From assembly GCF_009914755.1 (NCBI RefSeq), contig NC_060932.1: a stretch of DNA of 64,000 nt. One strand, given 5' to 3'. Positions 26,072 through 38,680 of this stretch are shown in pieces. Position numbers and translations under genes: made by a program. The notes beneath the pieces were generated by a model that worked only from the letters and a program-made list of their open reading frames with translations, was not told where the DNA came from and did no database searches. Every line of letters begins with the position of its first letter. Position 1 is the stretch's first letter. This DNA comes from the human T2T-CHM13v2.0 reference genome, Homo sapiens.

Positions 26072-27975
26072 AAATTTATTGTGTATATTTGGGGTTTACA
26101 ACATGATGTTATGAGATACATATAGATAGTAAAATGATTACTTATAGCAAAGCAAATTAATATATCTAGCAACTCATACAGTTACTTTTTATTGTGACAA
26201 GAACACAGTAAGAGCTAAAATCTTATTTAACAAAGATTCCTAATAAAATAGAATTTTAGTTACTACAGTCTTCATGTTGTACATTAGATCTCTAACTCAT
26301 TCATTCTACATAGCCCCATTTCCTCTTCCATTCCCCTGGCTCCCCACTGCCTCTGGTAACCACTGTTTTATTTTCTTTCTCTGTATATTTGACATTTTTA
26401 AACATATCACATATAAGTGAGATAATGCAGTATTTGTCTTTCTTTGTCTGGCTTATTTCACTTAGCATAATGTCCTTCAGTTTCATCCATATTGTGGCAA
26501 GTGGCAGGATCTCCTTTTTTAAGGCTGAGTAATAATATTCCATTGTATATTTATACCAGTTTCTTTATCCATTCATCTGTCAACAGGCACTTAGGTTGTT
26601 TTCATATCTTGGCTATTGTGAATAATGCTGCAATGAACATTGAAGGACGTAGATACCTTTACAAGGTGATGATCTCATCCCCTTTGGGTATATACCCAGA
26701 AAAGAGATTTCTGGGTCATATTGTAGTTCTATTTTTAATTTCTTTAGAAACCCCCACACTGTTTTTCATAATGACTACTTTCCGACCAACAGTGTACTAG
26801 GGTTTCCATTTCTCCACATCCTCACCAGTATTTGTTATCTCTTGTCTTTTTCATAATGCCCATCCTAACAGATGTGAGGTGATATCTCATAGTAGTTTTA
26901 ATTTGCATTTCCCTTATTGTTAATGATGTTTAGCACCTTTTTATATATTGTTTGGCCATTTTTGTGTCTTCTTTGGATCAATATTTGCATAGGTTTTTAG
27001 CTCATTTTTTAGTAGGTTTATTTGTTTTTCTGCTATTGGGTTGTGAGAGTTCTTTATAAATGTTGGATATTAATCCCTTATCAGATATGTGGTTTGAAAA
27101 TATTTTTCCCAGTCTATAGGTTACCTTTTCATTTTGTTGATTTCTTTCTCTGCTGTGTTTAAGCTTTTTAGTTTGATATAATCCCACTTATTTATTTTTC
27201 CTTCTGTAGCTAGTGCTTTTGGTGTGATATTCAAAAAATCATTGTCAAGGGTAACATCAAGGAACTTCTCCTCCATGTTCTCTTCTAGGAGTTTTATGCT
27301 TTCAGGTCTTGCATTTAGGCCTTTTATCCATTTTGAGTTGATTTTTATGTATGGTGCAAGATAGAGGTCTGACTTCATTCTTTTGCCTGTGGAAATCCAG
27401 CTTTCCCAGCATAATTTACTGAAGAGACTACCTTTTATCCATTGTGTCTTCTTGGTGCCCTTGTCAAAAATTAGTTGACCACAAGTTTGGATTTATTTCT
27501 GGACTCAATTTTGTTCCATTAGCCTGCATTTCCTTTTTTGTGCCCATACCATACTGTTTTGATTACTATCACTTTGTAATATAATTTTAAGTCAGTCAGT
27601 ATGATGCCTTCAACTGTGCTTTCCTTTGGCAATATTACTTGGGCTATTTGGGGATTTTTGTGGTTCCATACACATTTTTTTTTGTGGTTCCATACAAATG
27701 GATTGTTTTCTCTATTTCTGTGAAGAATGTCATTGGAATTTTCTTAGGAATTGTGTTGAATCTGAATATTGCTTTGGATGGTATGAACATTTTAATGATA
27801 TTGATTCTCCCAAAGCATGAACACAGGATATTTTTCCATTTATTTGTGTACTCTTCAATTTCTTTCATCAATGTTTTATCATTTTTAGTGTGTAGGTCTT
27901 TTAACTCCTTGCTTAACTTTATTACTAAGTATTTTATTTTTCTTGATGTTATGGTAAAGGTGAGTATTTTCTTGA
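26072..27975 (-). mobile_element. L1MA (L1MA9-like) 3' fragment
   Basis: Minus-strand ORFs 27644-27997 ([24 protein letters not shown]...[11 protein letters not shown]) and 27121-27378 (INSKWIKGLN...KINKWDYIKLKS) are L1 ORF2p. The L1MA9-type 3' end lies at 26072-26180. Confidence 0.93.
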
Positions 27976-28050
27976 TATACAGAAAATTTGGAATCATCCA
28001 GGATTACAGGTACTGGCATCCTAAGGAAGTTAGTTTTTCAAAAGGTACTT

Positions 28051-28082
<32 letters not shown>
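28051..28082 (+). repeat. (ATC)n microsatellite
   Basis: About 10 ATC units at the MIR tail. Confidence 0.95.
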
Positions 28083-28084
28083 TA

Positions 28085-28360
28085 TAATTCCTAACATTTA
28101 TTGAGTAGTCACCGTGTACCAGGCACTTTCTCTGCACACATTATCTAGACACTATAGTATTAGTATTATCTAGATAAATATAGAGTATCGTATTAGTAGA
28201 GAGATAGACACTATGAGTGTTCCCATTTTACAGATAAGGAAACTGAGATAAACAAAATGTAAGTAACCTGCCCAAAGGCACACTCCTGCTAAATGACACA
28301 GTCTTTATGTTGAACACAGCAATTTCACTACCAAGTCTACACTTTTAATGGCTATTCTAG
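28085..28360 (-). mobile_element. MIR with internal patchwork insertion
   Basis: AACATTTATTGAG...GTGTACCAGGCAC and CCCATTTTACAGATAAGGAAACTGAG...GTAACCTGCCCAAAGGCACAC. Confidence 0.85.
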
Positions 28361-29617
28361 ATGACTAAATCAGTAGAATCTTTTCTTAAATAGGAAGATC
28401 TTTAAGAATTTGTTAATTGCCACTCACCCCTTTTCTGTTACATTATTTGAGAACTTGTTTTGCCTTCTTAGAACCGTATTTAGATGTATTGAATCTGTAT
28501 ATTTGTGTTTGAAGCTCTTATTTAAGCAAAAGAGAAAGTGAGTCATCAGGTTTTAGATGCTTCTTTGACTTGAGTGTTCTAATTTTGCTTGTTCTCCCTG
28601 GAAATGTGCAAACATCCTGAATGTCTGTGTAACTGAGTCTTCTGAAGTTAGACAGAAACATCCTTGACATCATTTCCCATTATTCACCGTAATGTTGGTC
28701 ACTTAACTCTTCTGCAAATTCCATTCCCTGCTATCCTACGTTAGCACTTCAGATCTGGTCTCCAAAGATAACATTTGTCATTCTTCCTCTGTTGTCAAGC
28801 TGGCTTATTTTCTGTGCATTTGAGGTCTGAGTAACAGTTACAGAAAGCCAACTTCTTTCCTGGATCAAATGAAGATGGAGCTATTTGGAGGAAGTGGAGC
28901 CCTACAAGTGATTTCTGGTTTTGAAACTGTTGGCAGTATTTGATGAAGTACGGTATTATCCTTAAGTTCAACCTGAAGACATTTGCAACATGTCAGACTA
29001 ACCCAGAATGGTCCAATGCCAGGCTGCCACTCATGCTTAATTTATTCAGTAGTAATTAAAGAGCTGTTTAAGGTTTCAGCTGCATTTACCTAACTGCCTT
29101 TTGACAAGAGAACAAACTGCTTCCCAGTCTGCCTTGACACTCTAACTGTAAGCAGATCTGAAAAAAAATTGTCTGGGTCTACATACAATTTAGTTAAAAT
29201 AAGGTAAAATGAAGAAATTACTGCTGTTGATATTCTCACTTTCTTTTTGAGAAAATGTCTGACAGTATTGGCTTCCAGAAAAAAGGATTCTACAAACCAT
29301 CTGTGCTAAGAGCTATATCAATGTGAACATTCAGAGAAGTCCATGTAGCCACTGTCAGCGGCAGGCCACTGGAGGAAACTCCTAGGGTTTTTGTTTAAAA
29401 GAGGGTGGGGAGTTATTAAACGTTCTGCTAATTAGATGCGTAGTCCTAGTTTGGTGAGCTGAGACACATGCCTTTCCCACTGGAGTTATTTGCTGCTGCT
29501 GCACAGACTCTGGAGACAGCCACGCAGTCCAGGGTACTTATCCCACAAATAAGGACCAGCTTGTTCCATTCATTTGGAGTGTATCCTTTCTCTAGTCCTG
29601 CTAAAATGCCTATCTAC

Positions 29618-29940
<323 letters not shown>

Positions 29941-29959
29941 TGAAACATTTACCTTCACC

Positions 29960-30036
29960 CAACACATGCACATACACACATGGACAAACACACACACACA
30001 CTCACACACACACACACACACACACTCACACACACA
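29960..30036 (+). repeat. Interrupted (CA)n microsatellite
   Basis: CA runs interrupted by CT. Confidence 0.95.
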
Positions 30037-30049
30037 GAATTTAAATCCA

Positions 30050-30172
30050 CACTGGGAGGAAGAAGGGAGATGAGGGGAAAAGAAGAATATAAATGTATTT
30101 ATGACACTGAACTATACACTTGAAAATGGTAAAGATGGTAAATTATATATGTACATTTACCTCATAAAAACT
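30050..30172 (+). mobile_element. L1MA/MB extreme 3' end
   Basis: AATGTATTTATGACACTGAACTATACACTTGAAAATGGTAAAGATGGTAAATTATA. Confidence 0.75.
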
Positions 30173-31169
30173 TTAAAACTCAAAAAACTAAAGTAGAAAA
30201 AAAGCTGGAGGTGAATATTATGCTCCACATTGGAAGCAAATTTGGGTCTGATATGAATCTAAGGGGAATCTTTTGTTGTGGGAGAGTTTGCCTTCTCCCA
30301 TATACACATGATGGAATGTTCATGTGCAAAATCATAATGGATGCAATAGGTAACAACAGTAATTCCCCCCAAGTCAAGATCAGGAATATGTTAATGGCCA
30401 TCCATTAATAAAGCCAAATTACACAGCATCATGTTTTCTTAGTCATCTTGAATATAATTACTGTTGGTAGGGGCTAAAATATTTACACAGGGTAAAAAAA
30501 GAATGAGTAATTCTGAATTATAATTTTCTTCTCAGCTCACAGAATCCCACACCTGAAAGTTGGTTCAAATTAATTTATAATTCAAGACCACGTGGTTTAT
30601 ATTACATTCCTAATAAGCCCAACCAGAACCAAACCATTTTTAAAATAGCAAGGTAGGAGGTGTAAACCAGGGACTCAAGCCCTGGTTTCAGCACTAAGTG
30701 GTATCACATAACGTTTGCACAGGTCTTTATCACATTTCTCCTGTGACTGTGAGATAAGATGTTTGAGTTTTTGCTACTTCTTTCAGGCAGCAGGAAAAAA
30801 CTTATCGGTATCAACATTTTTTAAGTTTTTTGTTAGGGTTTGAAATGGTGAAGTTATTAAAGAGATCTGGGATCATTATTTTTCATCACAGAATAATTAT
30901 ATGGAAGTACTAAAGGAAAAAATCACACTTTAATTTTGTTAAAAATAACTACGGTGTTTTTATCCCAATATGAAAAAAAAAGGCAACAAAACGTTTGTGT
31001 TTTTTTCCCCCTTTTAGATTTAGTTAGCTAATATTTAGGCTCTCCTGACTTCTCATTTCCAGTTTCTCACTAAAATGCTAGAAATCACATTTTCATTTCC
31101 TGAGAAATTTGGCAGTCTTCTGGCGTAGACCTTCTCCTGCAACCTGCGATTAGTAGGCTGCAGCAGACT

Positions 31170-31670
31170 GTATTTTCCAAGGACAGCCACAACATGATCC
31201 CCTATCCCAAATGCTCCTCCAAGACCTTGCAGCTCCCCCTTCCATCCTGAATTTGGGCAAACTTGTGACTCACTCTTAAGCACTGGGATGAAGCAGAGTG
31301 ATGGTGCGTGACCTCTGAGGCTAGGTCAGCTCCTGCCCTGGGAGCTGGAATGCTCGTGCAGGAGGCTGGAGTGCCCTAGAAGCAGTTCAGCTGCCCCAAG
31401 GCAGCCATGCTAGAAGGAAGCCCAAACTAACATCCCCAGAGAGATCACGTGAAGAAGTCCTGACATCAAGGGAGCCCCTACCGGCCCCAGCCCCTGCTTT
31501 TCCAGGTCAGCTAAGTGTACAACTACATGAGCATCATGTGCCCAAACGCCCCAGCCAAGACCTTCCTTCCCAGGAGCTGGTTCACAGAAACTATAAAGAT
31601 AAGAAAATACTTGTGTGTTTTAGGTCACTAAGGTTTAGGTTAGTTATAAAGCAACAGTAACCTGGAACAT
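31170..31670 (+). mobile_element. ERVL-MaLR solo LTR (MLT1 family)
   Basis: TGAATTTGGGCAAACTTGTGACT, TGACCTCTGAGGCTAGGTCA and GCCATGCTAGAAGGAAGCCCAAACTA, ending GTTTTAGGTCACTAAGGTTT...GCAACAGTAACCTGGAACA. Confidence 0.82.
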
Positions 31671-32424
31671 AGGTATTGGGAAGAAATTAAATTACAAATT
31701 AAAGTCATGCCCATAGCTTCAGAAATTAATTGGCAGAATTTTTGGAATGGATCTATTTGAATATAGCCACCCTGCTTCATGGGTTCACCATACCAGCATT
31801 TCTCAAAACTATGTTGAAAACTCTAGAATATAGTTGGCATATGAAGTTCAGATATTTGAATCCTAAAGGCTAACCTCATTTTCTTCCGTCTGTAATGAAC
31901 TACCCCAAATGAAATTACAAGAGTCAAACCAAAAAGAAAGTAGAGTTATATGGCAAGTGGGTTAGAATTACTTTTAATTAACAAAAATTTCCCTGAGCGC
32001 TTCTCCCCTCTCCAGCAGGCAGATTCTCTCTTCATTTTCAAAGTGGTAAATAATAGAACCCTCTCCTACTGGGCTTCCAGGGTTTTATGCTTCTCTCTAA
32101 GAGGGAACACTATGATTAAAAGATGAAATCATCTAGTAGGTGACATTTTAATCATCCTTCCCTAAAGAATTGGGTTTTCAATTTGGATGTGTTAATTTGT
32201 GCTTCTGCTTAGGCTGCTTTGTAAATGGAAGTGTTTTTCAATAGTTGAATAGGTGGTGTGTGTGCTCTGTCTCTTAAGCAAAAAAGGGAGAGAACTCTGT
32301 CTTCCCTAGGACCTGTGCACCTACTATAGTTCTGCACCCAGCAAACCTTCGATAATGTGATGTCTAAATGGGAGCGTATCAAAGAATGCAAGATCCAGCA
32401 ATATCTTTACAAGTGTCTATGAAA

Positions 32425-32535
32425 TAATAATAAAAGTAATCATAATAATGTAACAGTGTTTTTTGAGTATTTACTATGTATCAGGTACTGGCACAAAATA
32501 TTTTAAAGCATTATCTCATTTAATATTCATACTAT
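32425..32535 (-). mobile_element. MIR 3' fragment
   Basis: TTGAGTATTTACTATGTATCAGGTACTG...CATTATCTCATTTAAT. Confidence 0.7.
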
Positions 32536-32554
32536 TTACTTAACTGGCATAAAA

Positions 32555-32556
<2 letters not shown>

Positions 32557-32592
<36 letters not shown>
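32557..32592 (+). repeat. (GT)18 microsatellite
   Basis: Perfect GT run. Confidence 0.98.
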
Positions 32593-32594
<2 letters not shown>

Positions 32595-32844
32595 ACTGGG
32601 GCCTTCAGACTCTTGGCTATTGTTCTTTAAATTTTTTTGCAGCTTCAAAAAGTAGTGAAGGCATGGGAAGAGAATTGCTTTTTCTGTAGAATTGTACAGG
32701 GCACACAACAGCCAGGGGACAATAAGAAAAACAGAAAATAATCCAGCAGGACCAAGCCCACAACAGCTATCAGCCTCAGACTCACCTAAGGTAGGCCCTG
32801 TGACAATCACATGGGTGCAAGTGAAAAATTGACTGAAATGAAAG

Positions 32845-33093
32845 GAAATGCTGCCTCTTCAGAGATGCATTTTCTGACCACCCAGTCTGAAAGAGCTCTC
32901 CCTCCTCCAGCCCCCCTCGTAATTCTTATCCCCACCTGGCATAGCATGCATTACTTGTTTGTCATTGATTTTACAGGATTAGACCACAGCCTCCATGAGA
33001 ACAATGGCAGAGAATCCTGCTGTCTCCCCAGCACCTGGAATAGTGCCTGGCACAGAGTGGGTGTTCAATGAATATCTTTCAAATAAATGAATA
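32845..33093 (+). mobile_element. L2 3' end
   Basis: TCCCCAGCACCTGGAATAGTGCCTGGCACAGAGTGGGTGTTCAATGAATAT...AATAAATGAATA. Confidence 0.85.
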
Positions 33094-34087
33094 AGAACAG
33101 ACTTTGAGAGGAATTGGAGAGGTAGTTGGATAAGGGAAAGACTTAGGCAAAAAGAAAGAAGTACACCTGAGTTAGGTGCTGAAAACAGACAAGCTGTGTG
33201 TAGAACACGTGAGATGAATGCTTCAGTTACTCCCACCCTTCCGTCCCAAGCTACAGTGTTTAAAAGCTGCAGTTAAAAACACTGAGCAAGGCAGCGGGCA
33301 CGTGATTCAAGAACATGCTGTTTCTAACCAAACAACAAGCCTCATTTTTTAATACCTTCAGTAACCAGAGAGATGAGTTGTCTTCGATTCATTTTCCCTT
33401 CTTATGCTTAATGGCATCTGCAGACATTATATTTTCCTTTTTATTGACTGCTTATTTTTGCAGTAAAAGAACTTGCGGCAGCATTCGTTTGACTTAAGTA
33501 CCATAATCGAGAGATTAGGATAATATTCAGCACCCTTCAAATTACTTGTTCAATGCCTCTTAAAAAATTGATCAGATTTCTTCTTTCCTCTTTCATTTAA
33601 CAAACACCTACTGCGCGTACGGCCTGTGTTCGGCAGCGCCAAGAAAGCAAAGACGAATCAGATAGAGATCCTGTTTTCAGAACCCCATGTGGGTTTCACC
33701 AGGATGCGTGCACCTGCACAATGTTTCTTTTCTGCAGAAGCAAGTGACAGTTTATATTAAATCACTAAGTTTATTTTTCATTCATCTCACCAGCTGTATA
33801 GCAGCTTTCATGATATTCTTTCATGTCATGGAACATTTCCTGTGGGTTATGTTGTCCTGTCCCTTTGTTTCTTAAAACAGAAAGCAGGGGGAAGAAAGTA
33901 TTAGGACATCTGTTTTATGTGCCTGTGAGAAACAGGACTGAATACTTGGGACTTTATGTTCTTTTTATTTCTGCTTTACCTCCATGACCTGCATGGAATA
34001 TTAGTCGTTTCAACAGATCTCCAGATTGCAGAGTTTTAAAAAATTTTTCTGATTTTATGAAGATAATTTTATAGTCATATCCATCAA

Positions 34088-34740
34088 ATTCATTTACCCA
34101 TTCCTGCATTTATTTATTCAACAAATATGTCTTAAGTTACTATCAGATGCCAAGCAATACCCTACTCTAAAAGTCTACAGTCTTGACGGAAGATAGACAT
34201 GCAAACCCACACTTTTGTTTGTTGTATGAAACAATTTTCATATGACAAGAAATTTGGTTTAATAAAGATATACGCAAACCTCGGGGGCAGGGATCAGGGA
34301 ACAAAGCAAAGGAACCTAAGTCCGCTGTAAGAATCAGGGAAGGAGTAACAAGAGAGGTAACAATGGGTCTGAGAGCTGGAGAATGAGTGAGAGACTGCTA
34401 AGCAGAAAAGCAATAGGGTGTGTGAGCAGAATGGGGTGCGGGGGAGATGGTGTTCCAAGCAGTTGGCAAAGTTGAGAAAAATGGAGATGTGACATGTTGC
34501 AGTACAGCTGAGGTGTAAAATAAAAGAAGGAAGTGGCAGAAGAAACTGGAGAAGGAAGGAAGACTTTACTCACGGGAAGACCTTGTGTTTCAAGAAAAGG
34601 AGTTTATATATTTATCCCGGGGGCATATGAAAGCACTGAAAATTTTTGAGGAATGCCATAATCATGTTTTGTTTTCTAAAGATATGCTGATGGCATTGTG
34701 AGGATTGCATTAATGATAATGAGAAGTGTGGAGAAAGGAG
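34088..34740 (-). mobile_element. L2 fragment
   Basis: TTCATT...TTATTCAACAAATATG...TATCAGATGCCAAGCA, followed by a purine-rich antisense body. Confidence 0.65.
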
Positions 34741-34768
34741 AAGAGAGGGAGGGGGCCCAGTAAGCCTA

Positions 34769-35075
34769 GGCTGGGCATAGTGGTTCATGCCTGTAATGCT
34801 AACACTTTGGGAGGCTGAGGCCAGAGGATTGCTTGAGCTCAGGAGTTCAAGACTAGCGTGGGCAACATAGGGAGACCCATCTCTACAAAAAGTTAAAAAA
34901 AAAAAAAGTCAGGTGTGCTGTCATGCACCTGTAATCCCAGATACGTGGGAGGCTGAGGCAAGAGGATCACTTGAGCCCAGGAGGCTGAGGCTGCAGTGAG
35001 CCATGAACACACAACTGCACTCCAGCCTGGATGACAGAGCAAGACCCTGTCTCAAATCAAAAGAAAAAGAAAAAA
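34769..35075 (+). mobile_element. AluJ
   Basis: GAGGATTGCTTGAGCTCAGGAGTTC, GAGGCTGCAGTGAGCCATG and GACCCTGTCTC. Confidence 0.96.
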
Positions 35076-35119
35076 TGTGGAGTGATAACCAGATGAACAA
35101 TGACCAGATGAAGGTTTTT

Positions 35120-35420
35120 TTTCTCTCCGTTTTCTAAGATGGGGAATATGAAAGAGTCATGAGGGTGTCTGTATGGTGAGGAGAATAGCCAAAAGAGAAG
35201 GAGATGGGAAACTGATGAAGCTTGGCCTGGGAAACGGTGGAGATGAGAAGCGCAGAGCACAGTGGAGAGGACTGGCCTCAGGTGGGGATGGAGGCAGTCC
35301 TTCTTCCGAGATGAACTGGTGTGGGGAAGGATGAATGAAGTGCCACCAAGTGTCACAGAACAGGGGCAAGAAGCTGAGGGAGTGTCCCTGGTAACCTCAT
35401 TGTTCCCTGTTAAAGAAAAG
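35120..35420 (-). mobile_element. L2 fragment
   Basis: GATGAGAAGCGCAGAGCACAGTGGAGAGGACTGGCCT...TCCTTCTTCCGAGA resembles antisense L2. Confidence 0.55.
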
Positions 35421-35714
35421 ATGGAATCAGGTGCCAGGAAGAGGGCAGGTAGAGGGCTGGGAAGCATGACAAAGCTGGAAAATTGCACAGTGAGAGAGAC
35501 AGAGAATAAGAGATTGGGATGGATCTGTCAAACTGTGATACACTCATAAAGATTACCACACATTTGTCCTAAAATCTGGGGCTTAAATTTATGGATAAAT
35601 ATATATTTCTAAAGTATTCTAAATCTCTTTAGAATGTTTTTGTCTCATTTTCTATCAGAATGTGTTCCCCTATGTCACTGCTTCTCCCACCCACTGAATT
35701 TATTACTCGATAAG

Positions 35715-35887
35715 AGAGTGAGTTGTTAGGATTTAATGGGCATAAGAATTACCAGAGGAGATTGCTGAAATCACACATTTCTGGATCCTAGCCTCAGCAA
35801 TGCTGACTCAGTAGGTCAGGTTTAAACAGGCACCACGGATGATTCAGATGCAGATGGTCTGAGGACCCAAAATGCAATGTGTTGCTA
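35715..35887. mobile_element. MER5-type hAT-Charlie DNA transposon
   Basis: CATAAGAATTACC...CTGACTCAGTAGGTC...TTTAAACAGGCACC..GATGATTCAGATGCA...TCTGAGGACC. Confidence 0.75.
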
Positions 35888-36409
35888 TGGGAGGTGAACT
35901 TGAGCAGCTCCGGAGATTGTTCAACATAATCCAATATGAGAAGTTTTCAGGACTTTGTTTCATCTGCTAAGATAAGGAAAAACTTGAGAGACTTCAAGGA
36001 AGTGTTTAAAATATCATTGCACGTTAAGTTACGTTTGGTAGAGATAAGAAGGATTGGGATGGATAAGGAGAGATGACCAAATTCAGAGCAAGATGAGCAC
36101 TTCAGTTTGGAAAAATAATGTGGGCAACAGGATATTTAAATATTAGTATATTACTATAATTTCCAGTCCCCTGCAGTTTTTATTAAGTATAGTTACATTG
36201 CATTTGTATTGTCAAGTTGTCTGTGAAGAAAAAGTTTCTAAGTATGTGCTGTATCCAAATGCTGTAAGCAAAGTGGATGTGTGGCTATAGACCCTATTCT
36301 TCATTGGTTCATCTTTTAAAGGAGCAGGTGGGAGAGGAAATATATATAGAACACTTGTGACAAAAAAATCATAGATCAACATAATACAGATATTTGGTAA
36401 ACACCGTTT

Positions 36410-36640
36410 ATTCTATTATCTTTCAATATTTATGGAGTGCCTACTACTTGCTCACTCAAATATAATTACTAAACACCTAATATGAGCTAGACACTAGGGC
36501 AAAAAGCATATCAAGATAAGAGAGCTACTGAACTTATCCCCAAACTTCCAGTCTCATTGGGGAGACAGAGATATCAATAAGTTACTATAATATATAGTTA
36601 AGCATGGCAATTGCTTTAAACACAAGGGTTTCTGGAACGT
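36410..36640 (-). mobile_element. L2 3' fragments
   Basis: AATATTTATGGAGTGCCTACTA and CAGTCTCATTGGGGAGACAGA. Confidence 0.6.
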
Positions 36641-36779
36641 GTGTAGTGCCAGTAATGGCAGGTAGAAATGGATGGAAACTATTCCAGCTTATAATGGTCA
36701 ACAAATCCTAACAACCAAGTGATGTGTAACCGTGCAGCATTATCATGTAAGTACAATATTATGAGGAATAATTGCTTGC

Positions 36780-37360
36780 CCCAGTATGGTGTAATTTTCT
36801 GTAGAGTTGTATCAAACGTATAAAAAATAAGCATGTCTACTCCTATACCAGGAGATATGCTAGACAAGTTCACAGAAGCATCATATATAATAGCAAAAAA
36901 ATGGAACAACAAAAAGATTTATCAACCATAGAATGTATTCTTTTTTTAAACTCTGGTATATTCAAATAATAGAATATGCTACAGAAGTGAAGTGAATTAC
37001 AGCTACATAAAACAACATGGTTATATCATAGGAATATTATACTGAGTAAAAAAAAAACTGGACATAGAAAAATACATATAATATGACTTCTATAAAAAGT
37101 ACAAAACCACGCAAAACCAGCAGGTGGTAAACTATAAAGAAATATAGGAACCTTATGAAAATTCAATATAGTGATCCCTCTGAGGAGAGGGAAGAAAATG
37201 GGCTTAAGGAGAGACCCACAGGGTTTCAAAGGTAATACAGTATTCTTTCAGTTACATTGAGTAGGGGTACATGGGATTTGTTGAATCATTACTTGTGATT
37301 TACATATATCCCATAGATATGCATATGTAGCTACTGAACATTCAATGAAACCAACTTAAA
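36780..37360 (+). mobile_element. L1ME-type 3' fragment
   Basis: GTTCACAGAAGCATCATATATAATAGCAAAAAATGGAACAAC and ACAGCTACATAAAACAACATGG. Confidence 0.7.
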
Positions 37361-37639
37361 GTAGAAAATAATATATGATGGGACCTTCAAAAGAAGATAC
37401 AGCATTTTCTTGGTTTTCTTATTCACCTTGCATCTAAACTAGACAATATAAATCAGGTTTAAAATCTGCTTTTACCAATGAGTGTTATTCACAGCCTTTA
37501 GTTCTATCACAACTTCAATAAGTTACTTTAACAGAAGCCAATGGACATTCGTTTAATTCTTACACTATATGCCCAGCTTGGCCCATCCTTACCAGGGAGT
37601 CTTGAACCATATGAGAATGTCTGTTTGAATTGAAGTAGC

Positions 37640-38360
37640 TAGAACTGTATTTAAAAAAAATTTAACACCTATATGTTCACATCCTATGGGTATGCATACA
37701 ATATTGAGAATCTGTTATGTACCAACACAGAGAATGCAATGGGAATCCACTAAGTACAGAGAAAGATTGTCTCCTATCTTCCTGAGGAGATCCAGAAAAC
37801 TTTTTTTAGAGGAGACAAGGTTTACATTGAACCTTGAGAAATGAATTGAATTTAGTGAGGGGAAGAAGAGGTGAAGGTAGAGGCAAGGTCTTTCAGGCAG
37901 AGGGAAGGATAAAGGCTCCAAGCTAAGAGACAATAAATAGTTTAATACAACTGGAATAAAATGGAGAAGGAGAACAGGTAGGGTTTGAGGTCTGAAAGGA
38001 CATGTGTACTTAACTGAGGAGTCTGAATTTTACTAAAAGCTATGAAGACCTCACTGAGTTAATTAAGAAGGGCAGTGTCATGATCAGACATTTGTTCAAG
38101 AATGGCCCCTAACTTCAGTTTGAAATATGAACTGAAGGGGAATCAGGCTAGATAGAGGTAGGGAGGCTGTTTTGAAGGCTGCAGCAGCTATCCAAGGAAG
38201 AAATAGTGTTGGCATGAACTAAAGAACTGGCTGTGGAAATATAGAAAAAGGGGGCAAAGTATTTAATTATTAAAGAGTTAGAATCTAGGGAGTTTACTGA
38301 TTAAAGGGGCAGTCGATGGGCAAGAAGTAGAAGGAATCTTGAAGTATGCTAAGTTGTCTG
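37640..38360 (-). mobile_element. L2 fragment
   Basis: TTTCAGGCAGAGGGAAGG, GGCAGTGTCATGATCAGA and ATAGTGTTGGCATGAACTAAAG. Confidence 0.7.
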
Positions 38361-38474
38361 GTAAAAAAATTTAGAAAAGTTATAAACATTCAATTTTAAC
38401 TTTGATTAGCTGAAATCAGGTAGTCAATATGAAATTTAATAAACAGTAAAAATGAAAATGCAAGCATTACTGTA

Positions 38475-38680
38475 ACATTTAACAAATATTTATTAAGTAC
38501 ATAATATCTGACAGATGACATGCTAATTACCTAAAAGAGAAAGATAAGTATGTAAAATGTGGGTCTTGTCCTTAAAAAGCCCAAGTGTGGAGGATGGGAC
38601 AAGTCAGGTAAACATCAGCCTATGGTGTGATGAGGGCTCCATGGAAGTATGGAAGGAAGGCTTCAGGAGCAGAGAAGGAC
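38475..38680 (-). mobile_element. L2 3' fragment
   Basis: CATTTAACAAATATTTATTAAGTAC...GGTCTTGTCCTTAAAAAGC. Confidence 0.6.

Noticed and set aside
27639-28094. Longest ORF (151 aa) ending in poly-His
   Set aside because: It is antisense L1 sequence read into an (ATC)n microsatellite, with a non-ATG start
30664-30688. 9-bp stem AAACCAGGG/CCCTGGTTT
   Set aside because: Short enough to be chance, and I see no junction evidence
35057-35549. 143-aa and 95-aa ORFs
   Set aside because: They lie in decayed L2 sequence with low-complexity composition
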